Source: Lingula anatina (Eukaryota > Animalia > Brachiopoda). From it: a DNA stretch of 64,000 nucleotides. The notes below the pieces were generated by a model. The model saw only the letters and a list, made by a program, of their open reading frames with translations, was not told the DNA's origin and made no database searches. Shown one piece after another: positions 25,160 through 37,158 of this stretch (the stretch's first letter is position 1; the number at the start of each line of letters is the position of its first letter). The position numbers and the translations under genes were made by a program. The stretch spans positions 29,580,401 through 29,644,400 of the forward strand of contig CM120641.1 of NCBI GenBank assembly GCA_051362555.1, read 5' to 3'.

Positions 25160-25989
25160 CCGTGTTGAGCAAAAGTGAACAATCTCACTTTATTTTGTCC
25201 GAATACAGACCGAGAGAGCGTGGCCTATCGGTTCTTTTGATTTTTAAAGAGTTTAATTTTTAAGAAAGAGCTTTTCGCCTGGGATACTTGTCAGCTTTGG
25301 ACGGACACATCTCTCCAATAGAGGCTGGACTCGATGGCCGTAATTTTTGAAATATGAAAAAAAAAATGCGCTTCAATAAGACGCACGTATTTTATCAAAA
25401 TAAGAAATATACGGTAAAAATGCAAATCGATAAAACCTATAGATTCTGAATCTACAGTCTACTATTATAGGCCCTACATGCAAATAAAATTAGGGAGATA
25501 TCCCGTTCAAAATACAAAAAATAATTTTATTCAGAAGCGTGTTGCAGTCACTTCGTTTTATTCTATTCTAAAATTTCGAGTTACTAACTCAAAATTTCAA
25601 AATAAAATAAAACAAAATGGCAACGTTTACCCTTCCCTAGTTTAAGTTTTATGTATCAAAATTATGGAGCGAACTGCTAGGTAGGCCTAGTTGCTAATTT
25701 TGAAAAAAATTAAGGATACTCGAGAAGACCATTAATGTGCAATGTGCAAATACATGTATAAGACCTAATATTTATTTAAAGAGTTCATTTTTTTAATTTT
25801 TCTTTACATATTATTGTTTTAAAAGTATTTCAAACTGTGTCTTTTAGATTGAAATAGACCCAAAGGCTCATGGGGCTTATGCTGTATGTTTTGTAACCGG
25901 TGTCAGTGAAAAATTAAGTTTACTTCGTTCTATGGCATCGTATTTTTTCCGTGTGATCCGCCAGTTACTGGTTTTACGACAGCCGTAAT

Positions 25990-26043
25990 CTGGCACCTAA
26001 CAACAACTCAAATATAAACAAGATGGCTGCCGGGATTAAGCAG
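25990..26043 (+). promoter_or_regulatory. Putative promoter/first exon of the PLAT gene
   Basis: TATAAA followed by a YY1-like CAAGATGGCTGCC, then donor CAG|GTGCGT at 26043/26044. Splicing to the acceptor at ~26573 gives a short upstream ORF ending just before the main ATG. Confidence 0.55.
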
Positions 26044-26615
26044 GTGCGTGTAATTCCAGTTGCTATAAAACGCTGATTATTTCTCGATAATTTTCAGTTA
26101 AATTTGAAATAAGTTTTATAAGAGGTTCAGTTTTAGTACACTCTACCTGAGATTTATTTCATGCTTTCACTTTCGTCTGATTTTGTCCACTGTTGAATTT
26201 CTAAGAGTTACACATGTAGTACCGTGCATGTACACTGTACATTGTACACTGTTCATGCACTACTATTACAGTACTAATACGTAAAGCTAAGAGTAATATT
26301 CTCACATAGTATATTTGCACTTTAATAAGACAATTGAGTTAACTGGACTAATATAATAAAGTCCAATACAGAGATCTCAATTCTAGCTAACTTACATGCA
26401 GCTAGTGCAACGTTATCACTTAACTAGTATTTTTTAGGCTTAAGATTTAGACAGAAAAGACTCTCTCTTTGATGAAATGTTTTTTAAGCTAGCAAATCTA
26501 CAATTGCTTATTTGCTTTGCTACATACATATTCAGCTTTTTTTGTCATGTGCTAGTATTTTGGTAATTTCAGTACTTAAAAGGTTGTACCAGGACAACAG
26601 TTGGCAGTCAGTAGC

Positions 26616-29600
26616 ATGAGTTCTTCAGCCACTATGTACAAGCGTTACCACAATTACATGGAAAACCCATACACTGACTACAGAAGACCAATGCCTTTTA
26701 CACCATATTCAAACTATGACAGGAGGGCTTTCTCCTGGGCAGATAAAGCAATACCAATGCATGAACACAACATGAATGGGTTTAATCTGGATAGTCTAAG
26801 ACGTGACACAGACTTTATGTTATCATCACTAGCGGAAGGTATTGCACTGGATGGGGCACCATGTCATCAGTATGGTATCAAACACTGGCATCCAGATCAG
26901 AGGCCTAAGTCAGGTAAGTGAGGAAGAAAGTCCCGAGGCAAAAATTGTTAGAATATTGTATACTAGTAACTTCATAAGAAAATGTGGTATAGAATTTGAA
27001 TGACAAATTAATGAGTGGTATCTGTTCAAAATTTGCAAGGAAGATATCTATTATATTATATTTGAACATACACAATGTGTAGGTACTAGTACTGTAATTT
27101 TTCACTACACCTTCTTTTAGCCCCAATGACCAGATCCCAGCCAGACACGTTGGTAAAACCAAAATGGCAAAATACTAGTGTCATGTTTGGAAGTAACCCA
27201 AACCTTGAGGATACAAACAACTATTACTCCAAATCAAGTTCAAGATCATTATCTCCAAGTTCAAGGTCAACAAGGTCCAGGTCATCACCCTGCAAAACTG
27301 ATGACAGTGAAGAAAGTGACACTGAGTTAGATATGTCATTGTCAGGTAAATCGTTATAACCACATGTCAGATTCTCAATTAGGCAAAACTTCTTTCTTCT
27401 TATACCTTTGAAATTTAAGTAGAGTATGACTCTTGATTTATTTTGCTGTTTTTTTAGCAATAGTATTCTTCATCAGTAATGAAGATTAAAATATCTTTTT
27501 TGACAGGACCGTTGAAAACTTATTGTTACCTATGCAGTACAGTTGATGAACACAAGAAACACATGTTACAGTACAAGGTCAGTTGCCCAACTTACTTTGA
27601 ACAAGATTAGTCCAAAACTTTTTTATTTTATTTACCATATATTTTTTTTTTATATAATTCACCAGCTCCAAGCCAATTTTTAAAGAATAACATAAAGATG
27701 TATTTGATTGAATTTCATTTTACGTATGATATATAAATTTATTTCTTTTATGTTTGATTATGATTGTTGGCATTTTTAGAAAAAAATTTATATTTTAGCG
27801 AATGAAACCAAAACCAAAGTCAAAACCAAGAATTGAGTACATTCCCCCCAAGCCCAGTTTACCACATAAGAAGAAACCAGACTATGAGGAAGGACCTCCT
27901 GAAGTTCTATACAAAATAGAAGTCAAGACTGGTATTATCAAAATGAAGGATAAAAAAACCAAAAGAATACAGAGAAAGGATACTGGAACAGATGCAAATG
28001 TAAAGATTCCTGATTGTTCTTAATATGCAGTTATTTCTGCATTTTAATCATTTAGCCTCTAAAGTAGTCTAAAGTTTTAGACCTGTATAGGATACCTTAA
28101 ATAATATAAATAAAATACCAATTTATCTTGTGTCTTAATGGACAAAAATGGTCTTAAAGTTCAGGACAGTGTCTAGGCTATAGTTCTTTTGTATAATAGG
28201 TCCCTCCTGCAGCAATTTTTTTTTCCAGTTAAAATATATTTACTGGTAATTCTTACAGTTTCAGACACTTGTTTTTACAGGTGGCAATCAATATCAGAAT
28301 TTGAGGTTTAAGTAAATTTTTATTATTATTATAGGTGGAAATCATTATCAGGGGCTCTAAAGGCATAACCAATAAGAAGAAACTCCACAAAAATACAGGT
28401 TCCCTGACTTCCTTCCAGTTTGGGCCTGGGTCATTGGAAAGCTTCTATGTTAAAGCACCCGAGCTGGGAAACTTACAGCAATTGCAGATTGAGGTGGGTG
28501 AAACGGAATAGATTCAGAGTGATAGGGAAGTAGGAGTCATTCAAGAAGGAGCAAAAATATACATTTTAAGAATTTATGTATATATATGACTTGGTACATA
28601 TGTTTAAATCCTTCAAATGCTTTGTTGAAAACTTTGATTTTTTACTCTTTTATTTGTATTTTATTAGTCTTGATTGCTCTTTTTTGAAGTCATTTACGGT
28701 GTATATCAAATCTTGCTACTACTGGGTATCTATTTATTGTTCATACATTTTTAGAAATTGTGTGAAACCTACTGAACATAATTTTCTGAATTTTAGACAA
28801 AAAGTAAATAAACATCTTATTATATCAAAAGATAAAACCTAAAAGAGTAAGATAAGAAAAGTTCTCTATAGTTTATCTGATAGTTTAGGGATGAGGAGAG
28901 TTTTTCAAAAATTGTTTTGATCAAAATGACTGTTTTTACCTTTCATATAATTTCATTACATAATGTGTGCTGAAAATATAATCTTTCATTTTCAGCATGA
29001 TGGTTTGTCTCGTAGTCATAGCTGGTTTTTGGAGTGGATTAAAGTGATTAACATGACCACTAAACAAGCATGGAAATTTGAATGTAAAAGATGGCTGTCT
29101 TTGTATGAAGAGGACTATGCTGTAAAAAGAGTGCTCAGAGCAGAGGAACTGGAGAAGGCAGTTGCAGCAAAGAAAGGTGTGGCAAACACTGTTGGACCAT
29201 TTTATATTTTACCATTTGATTCTGTTTGCTATTCATTAAAATGTTAAAATATGCATTTAAAGCAGGCATAGAAATGATGCTGTATTTCCTTTATGTAGCA
29301 TTATTAAAGAGTGAATTAGAGAAAATTGTTGTAGCTCTCTCACTGGAAGGTGTATACTTCTGTCTCTTTTCAGGAAAGATTTGTACATAGTGAATTTCCA
29401 TATAAAAGACTCATAATGTCACATGTTTTTTTGTACAGCATATGTAATCACCACTGTGACAGGAAAGGGAAGAGAAGCTGGCACAGACTGTAACGTGTAC
29501 ATAACTCTCTGTGGAAAAGGCAAAGAAAGTCCAGCCGTCCACTTATCACCTCCAGACAAAAAATGCTTTAGAAAAGGCAGTGCTGACACTTTCAATATCA

Positions 29601-32369
29601 AGACTAAAGACGTGGGGGAATTAAATAAAATCAGGTTTGTAATTGATGTCATTAAGTGAATAAATTTGTCCAAGGTATCAAACTCAATTAATCATTGTTA
29701 AAAGTAGCCATTTACGTATGGCTTCTAAATGATAAAAAATTGAAATATTGAGTACTTTTTAATTGCATATGGTCCAAATGAAATTATGAGGATATTTTAC
29801 CACACAATTCACCGCATTTCACAATTGAATGCTTATGCATACAGTGTAAACCTTGGTTTATTATGTACAGAAATTTTAATGAAAATTCTACCTTCTATTT
29901 TAGGATTGAACATGACGGGAGTGGTGATCACCCACACTGGTTTTTGAAAGAGGTAAGCACTTGTAGCATTGGCAGACCTTAGGAGGGGAAGTGGGGCTCT
30001 CCTTTTAACATCAACGTTGGGTACATTAATTAAGAACACAAAAGCCATACCATAATGTTGAATACAAATTCCGCATCCAAATGATTAAAGGAAAATGTTT
30101 ACAAAAACTGCTGTTACTGGCACCAGCAGTAATATTAATACATGTAAAAAAGTGGTTAAAAAATACATGTAAACATACATCGTTTCAGGTGGAAGTGAAA
30201 GATGTGGTAGAGGGAATCTCCTATGTATTCCCCTGCAGCAAGTGGTTGTCAGTGCTTGATGGCCATAACATTTGGGTGGAGCTTATGCCAAATGGCAAAG
30301 GAGATGCACCAATAGGAACTCAAATCCAGAAAGGTAAGAGAGCATATAAAAAGAATTCCTAGAATCTGTAAAAAATGAAATTTTTAAGAAGTTTAATGGT
30401 ATAATTCCATGAACAATTATGCTGTCTCTTACATGTAGTCAATATGAAACAATGTGCACATGACAGTAGATGAAAATTAATTCTTATATAATTTATGACT
30501 GAATGCAAATTATGAACATTGAAATTTTAGGAAAGGGTGCCACAAAGAAGAGAGTTAAAGTGGACTATACAGTGCATGTAACAACTGGTAAAAAGAGGGG
30601 TGCAGGAACTAATGCCCAAGTATTTGTTCAAATATTTGGAAGGGGGTTAAACACAGAGAAACTTATCCTAGACAGTTCTGCTTCAAATAAGGATCCATTT
30701 GAGAGTGGGCAAACTGATATTTTTAAGGTAACTTAATAAATGAACTTAAATTATTTATCAGATACAATGCGGAATTAAAACAAACTTGATTGTTTAAAAC
30801 AACCAGAGCATGAAAAGAAAGAAAGACTGGGATGGTGGTGATAATAACCTGATACACACCAGTATTATGATTATTTTTCTTTTGCTCCATTTTGAAAAAT
30901 TGTCAACTTAATATGGTGGCTATTATATAAAAGGATCACCTAAACTGAGACCTTGTTCTTGACACAGTCAAGTAACTTGATTAATTTTGATTAGTACTTG
31001 CGAAAGTAAGTAACTCCCACCACCTCAGCTAGCATGGAATTACATGTAGTGCATGTTTGTATCAGTCAAACTAGACTAAGTGCAATAAAAAGCAGAAAAC
31101 TGTACTAAAAAAGCCGTATTTTCAATTTTTTCATTACTAAATTATGGCTTTGCTCTGGTCATATGTGTTGAATGATTATTTTCTGTTTCATGTTCAGTTA
31201 TCTGCTCCCAATGTTGGAATTATCAAGAAGATTTTAATTGGCCATAACAACGAAGGATTTGCTGCTGGCTGGTACCTGGACAAGGTAATGTTGAATACAC
31301 TGTGACTGACAGTCAGCTCCATACCTCTTTGAGTTAAACTACTTACTACTATATAAATAATAATAAATAATAATAATTATTATTAAATAAATAATAATAA
31401 TTACTCTTCTCTATAATGAGCATGAACAAGACATTTCGTCAGTTTTTAAATGCATGAAAATTAAATCTCTTACTGAACACTGATGTATGGTAGGTGATAT
31501 GGGCTCTGTACCTTCTGGTATTGCTACAAAAAAAGGGAAGACTAGACAAAATATTGTATTGGTTTATTCTGTTGCAGGTTGTCATTCAGAAAATGTTGAC
31601 AAAGGAGGAGATTGCAGATAGGCTATCAAAAATGAAAAGAAGTGAGAAACAAGATAGGGAGGTCAATGAAAAGCATAAAGCAAGGAAATCAAGCCCCAAG
31701 AAAAAGGAGGACAAATCAGATTCAGAAGAGTCAGATGTAGAGGATTCAAAAAGATCTAACAAGTCAAAAAAGAAAAACAAGATCCTCAACAGTTCGTCAT
31801 CAGATTCATCTGATTCTGAGTCTGCAAAGAAAAAGAAACCAAAAGAAAAATCAGAAAAGTCTGTACTTCCTAATTATGGTGTGTTTGGTAAATCCTCTAA
31901 ACAAAGCTCATTTCTGGACAGATTTTTGGGGAGAAAGGATCTGGAGGAAGAAAGTGAAGAAGAAGAAGAGAAGCCAAAGAAAAAACACAAGAAAAAGCGT
32001 AGAGGAGAGACGTCAGAATCTGAAGATTCTGATCATGAAAGGTTGTTGAGACGAACAAAGAATAATAAAGGAAAGAAGAATAAAAGGAAGTCAAAAGATT
32101 CATCAGACAGTGAAGACGATGTTAATAAAGACAACCCATTTTCCAGGAAATTGTACAAGAACAGGAGTAATAGGAAAGGTAAAAATGAAAGAAGAAAAAG
32201 TGATTCAGATTCAGAAGATGAGACAGAAGAGGAGACACCATCAAAAGTTCCCTACTGTGATCAGTATGAATTCCCATGTAGCCAGTGGTTTGCTGAGGAT
32301 GAATCGGATGGAAAAATTGAAAGAGAACTGTTTCCAGAAAATAGAACTGTCATGTTTGAAAGTACTTGA
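26616..32369 (+). CDS. PLAT/LH2-domain protein (LOXHD1-related), 3 PLAT domains, ~866 aa, 12 coding exons
   Basis: Exons 26616-26913, 27121-27345, 27507-27577, 27799-27999, 28335-28493, 28996-29176, 29439-29634, 29904-29952, 30189-30333, 30531-30727, 31198-31284 and 31578-32369 join in phase (2601 nt). PLAT motifs: YKIEVKTG..GTDANV..HDG..WFLEWI..CKRWL; YVITTVTG..AGTDCNV..HDGSG..WFLKEV..FPCSKWL; YTVHVTTG..AGTNAQV..FESGQTDIF..GHNN..GWYLDKV..FPCSQWF..DGKIEREL. Confidence 0.9.
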
Positions 32370-32442
32370 AGAACAAGTTAACTGTGCAATCAGAGTCAAA
32401 ATTAAGGTCAAATTGGGATTGTTTTAGAGATCATGAGACTAA

Positions 32443-32657
32443 CACCCCATTTCCATAGATTAGATCGACCTACTTTAGATCGACCTAACTCCCTGGGGGT
32501 TCACGCTAAATAGCTGTCAGCCGGGCGGACACGAAAGTTAATTACCCTCTTACAGCTTGTAGTAGGCGGGACAGACATTTAAGTCGGATTATCTGAAAGT
32601 AATCTAGTGAGACTCCCCGCGGGGATAGATCGATCTAAAATCTATGGGAATAGAGCC
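32443..32657. mobile_element. MITE family A, subtype 2, in the 3' UTR of the PLAT gene
   Basis: CACCCCATTTCCATAGATT...AATCTATGGGAATAGAGCC with TSD TAA/TAA; near-identical to 60575-60789. Confidence 0.9.
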
Positions 32658-33790
32658 TAATTGAACCTATTTTAACTAGGTGCTTATGTAAATTAAATCA
32701 AAAAGAAAATTAACAATGATTATTGCTGTTCAGGTGAAAAGTCATGTCTATACAAATGTACAGCAGGAAGATGGTACATATATATAGCAAAAGGTTAAAG
32801 ATAAATCATAATATGAATGTACGTGTCTTTATGTAAAATTGAAAAAATATCGAGGTCCTTAGACATCTCAGTTGTCTTTATGTATTTCAGACCCTTAATC
32901 AGTGTTACATGTGCTGCCGTGTTAGTGTCATCTATTTAAAGTCACATGATGAGTATGTGCATGTATGAGAAAGACATTCCAAATTTATGTGTTGCCCATG
33001 TACATGCATTATGGGCATGAAATACTGTTGTCCATTGTAGAACTGCATTAAAAATGTATCAGAATGTTGATAATTACTATCTCATGTTGTCTTTAAGTCT
33101 GTGATAATACCAGTCTGTTTATATAAATGAATCTAATTTTTACCTTTTCTAAATACTTACATAATTTTATATTTTTGTACACATTCTGATGTTTTCTTTA
33201 AAAATATAAAACAATAAGTCAGTGTTTCATTTAATATTATGGGTTCTGTAGGTATTATATCTTATAAAAGGTTTAATATAAGTTTTTGTTATATTGCTTG
33301 AAAAAGTCTAGGTATGAGTATTTACATCATACAAAGTCATTTCATATATTTAGTCATGAGAAGGAGTATACTTATAATAGAAAGAGATATTTAAGAGGCA
33401 GGTTGTCATATGTCAGTATACCAAGTACAATATATTGAATAGATATAAGAACAATTAGGCTAGTAGGAAAACAGAAAAATAAAACATGCTGTGGTAAAGA
33501 TTGTTTAAAACTTTTAAATTGCACATACTATTGGTTTGAATAAAATACTACCCTTGAAAACCATTCAGTAATACATTTTTACCTCTTCATGTGAAAATTC
33601 ATTCTTTTATTACATTTTGTTAATTTTTGCATAAATAAAAGTTGCATATCAAGCAAAATGAGTTAATTCCCTATAGTGCATATAACTTAACCACTTCTAC
33701 TACTTTTTAGGGACCATTCCCATAACCCTACTGTACTAGCGGGATCAATCTATCTCTGAGGAGTTTCTGGCTAAATTGTATTCAGTTTAA

Positions 33791-34016
33791 GGGTGCTTTC
33801 CCAGAGATTAAGATCGATCTAAAGATTAAGTTTTAGATAGACCTAACTCCCTGGGGGTTCACGCTGAATTGCAGTCAGCCGAGCGCGCACCATAGTTAAT
33901 TACCCCCGTACAGCTTTTAAAAGGCGGGACAGGCGCTTAAGCCAGCCAAGTTAACAGTAATCTAGTGAGACTCCCCACAGGGATAGATCGATCTAAAAAT
34001 CTATGGAAATAGTGTG
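33791..34016. mobile_element. MITE family A, subtype 1
   Basis: Near-identical to 15941-16166; flanks TAA/CAA. Confidence 0.85.
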
Positions 34017-34439
34017 CAAGTGTGCACAAAGTTAATTACCCCCCTAAGGTCAACATGCCAATTAAGGGATAATTTAAATAATCCAGTTAGCCAAAAAAAT
34101 GGCTGGTTGTAAACTTGACGTAATTGTCTATCCCTCCAATTCATAATGTTTGCCAAATGATGTAGCAATGTATAATCCATTGCTGTTAGCATAATAAGAT
34201 CTAATTATCAATATCAGTTTTGGCAAAAACAAATTATACAAGGATTATACAACATGTAGTTTACATGTATAGTGCAGCAAGAAAGCAGGAATTCTCTGTT
34301 CATTTATTATTTTCAGGAAATATAAAACAATACCCTTTGGTGTTTATTTAAGTTATTCTTTATTGGTCGGATTTAGAGGCAAAGGCTTTAATCTGTAAAA
34401 TACTGAAATGTCAGACAGCTTAGGCCTTTTCCTTCCAAT

Positions 34440-34553
34440 GTAAATATTCGCGCGTTTGATAAGGTGGCTTTGCAAGCCAATATTTTCGCGCGTATATAAT
34501 TATCAGTAACCGGAAGTAACCTAAGAATCACATGACGGCAAAAACAAAACTAG
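34440..34553 (+). promoter_or_regulatory. FLCN promoter and non-coding exon 1
   Basis: Two TTCGCGCG motifs (E2F-like), CCGGAAGT (ETS) at 34510-34517, ATCACATGAC (M-box/CLEAR-like) at 34527-34536, and donor TAG|GTATGT at 34553/34554. Confidence 0.6.
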
Positions 34554-34640
34554 GTATGTCGGATCAAGTAAGTTCTTACTGATTTAAATCGGATAAATTA
34601 AATGAAATACATTCTGTCAGGCATTATATATGTTACCTTC

Positions 34641-34642
<2 letters not shown>

Positions 34643-34684
<42 letters not shown>
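34643..34684. repeat. (CT)n microsatellite in FLCN intron 1 (another at ~35224-35254)
   Basis: Consecutive CT units. Confidence 0.95.
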
Positions 34685-34687
<3 letters not shown>

Positions 34688-34930
34688 CATATTTTATAAT
34701 GATTTTTAGCCGTCATCCAAGTTGATTGACAAAAAATGCTACTGGTAGTACTGGTCAAGTCATCTTGATCGGTTTATTGATCGTTAAAAAAACTTGCTAA
34801 ATCGGCCAAAATCGCTACTGAATGGGGATGCGTTTCTTTCTTAGTAATTACACTTACAGTAAATACATATTGCATTTTACTTCTTAGGGAACTGAAGAGA
34901 AGTGGTGGGTTTGAAGAACCAAACACAGAG

Positions 34931-35221
34931 ATGAATGCCATTATCTCCTTATGCCATTTCTGTGAAATCCATGGGCCAAGTGTCCTGTTTTGCACACAGG
35001 CTTTCCATGCAGAGAACAGCCCTCAGCAGATTATAGAACATGATCAAAACTGCTCTGCTAGTTTGACCGACAGTGGCTCTTACTATATCCCACAGCGTCT
35101 GCAGTCACCCTCTACCCCAACAGGTGGTGGGGATCAGGCTACACATAAGCTTTCTGGAAGTTGCGAAGTAAGGAGCTTTTTTTGTATTTATCACTAGTGC
35201 ACTATGTGAAGAGAGGGTCCA

Positions 35222-35256
<35 letters not shown>

Positions 35257-37112
35257 ATCAAAAATAACAAGTGAGACTTCCCTTTCAGTCAGGGATCTTT
35301 ATTTGCAACACTTGCAGTGTAGGCAGGTAAACATTATAAATTCTGGGTTGAAAAATGCTATTATATTTGGAAGGTAATATCAAGATGCATTTATGTCATC
35401 TAGATATGGTAATTACTCGATCTTTTCAATGGGCAAAAATTACCAAACTTTAAGATACATAATTTTGTAATCACAAGTATATTTCTGTATGACATTGGTA
35501 AATATTTTACTGTATAGAATATAACTATAAAGTAGCCTCTTTTTTGTTTGGTTGCTATCACTCAATAGGATTGTTCTTATTTCATCCTGTAATTACTGTA
35601 TGTTTTGAAATATAACAAAAATCACAATAAAAACTTCGTTTTCCATTTGTTAACCACTACAAGTATCTCTTTCAGCAGAAAACACATACTTATGGTAGAT
35701 TTGTGAAATTACCATATTTTTCATATTGTTTTGTACATTTAGGCTTGCAGGTCCCTTCCCACAGGTCACTCTGGCTACATAAGCAATGATCATGAAGATA
35801 AAGTGAGTTATGTCAGCAGTCAACATCCAGCTCAACAACAGGTTTTCAGTATGGTGAGGCAGGCATGTGTTCGGAGCCTGAGCTGTGAGGTATGTTCATA
35901 AACACAGTAGTACACAGCACGTGTACAGTAATATATAGTACATGTATATGTACAGTACATGCAAGTGTAACAATACTCATCTACACTGTCCCTAAGCTGA
36001 ATTACCTAACATAGCCTTTTTGTCTTCTCCATTGTTCAGATTAATGTATTAGATAATAAGGGGATGAGTTTTGACTGTGATATCATGCAGTTGAAAAAAA
36101 GTGAACATGTTTGTAGCTGTTTTGTCATTTTTAGGTATGCCCTGGCAGAGAAGGCCCAATATTCTTTGGTGATGACCAAAATGGACATGTCTTGAGCTAC
36201 ACCTTTTACTTGAAAGACACTCAAGCCAGAGGATTACAGAGGTGGTACAGCATCATAGTCGTGATGATGGATAAGATATTTCTTCTGAACTCCTGGCCTT
36301 TCTTGGTGTCCTGTATGAAAAAGGTGATAGACAGACTGCAGGAGAAGGCCAGTAAAGTGTATGACAAAGAGGAAGCAAAATGCCCACCAAGAGTTCAAAG
36401 ACTGTCACTGAGCAAAATGAGCATGACTGCGGCTGAGTTTTTAAAACAGAAAGGAGGTGGTGGATCAAAGTCTGTGCGGCCTTTGATTGAGTTAACTAAT
36501 GATAAGAACCTTTTCAAAAATATACACATGTCGTTTACTTGGATACTGAAGGCAGGAGGAAGCAGAATGACTGAAAAACTCTTAGAAGGACCCCCAACGG
36601 AAGACTCGATTATTGATTTAGAAAAACAAGAAGGTAAGTTGGATCTCCAGGGAAATAGGGATATTAGGTAGAAATGTTAGAGATTTAAAGAAAAATCACT
36701 TTTTGTCCGACATTCTTTACGTCAACATAATGTGAATAAACTGTCAGCTGAAGCAAAAACAAAAACTAGATGGTCATTTGTTTACTCATTATTAAATGTG
36801 TGGATATTAAAATATACCAAAATGTACAATCTTTGGGCTCATTTGTGAAAAATAATTTGTAGTAATTCTTACCAGATTGAATGAACATTAATTTTTGAGA
36901 ATTTTCAAAACTGTGCCATTTTATTTTCCATGAAATAATCAGAAACTGAAGAAGGTTTCACTATGGTGTATACTAAAAAACTGGACTCACTGCCCAGCGT
37001 TGCTGGTGCAGGTGTTGACAGTGGGCCTGAGTCCCCAGTTGATCAAAACCCTGGTGCTCCAACTTTTAAAAATCTAAGGCATTTATTAAAGGTAAGTATT
37101 GATGATAATAGT

Positions 37113-37158
<46 letters not shown>

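Larger units (their letters stand above)
21967..25270 (+). pseudogene. Decayed 28S (LSU) rRNA fragment in three pieces (~21967-22088, 22331-22373, 25160-25270)
   Basis: Colinear similarity to conserved LSU motifs: GTCAGGCGGGG; ACTGGGGCGATACATGCTGTC (cf. ACTGGGGCGGTACATCTGTC); AAGGCGATCTGAGCGAGGACAGTAACC (cf. AAGGCGAGCTCAGGGAGGACAGAAACC); GAATACAGACCGAGAGAGCGTGGCCTATCG (cf. GAATACAGACCGTGAAAGCGTGGCCTATCG). Reference motifs quoted from memory. Confidence 0.75.
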
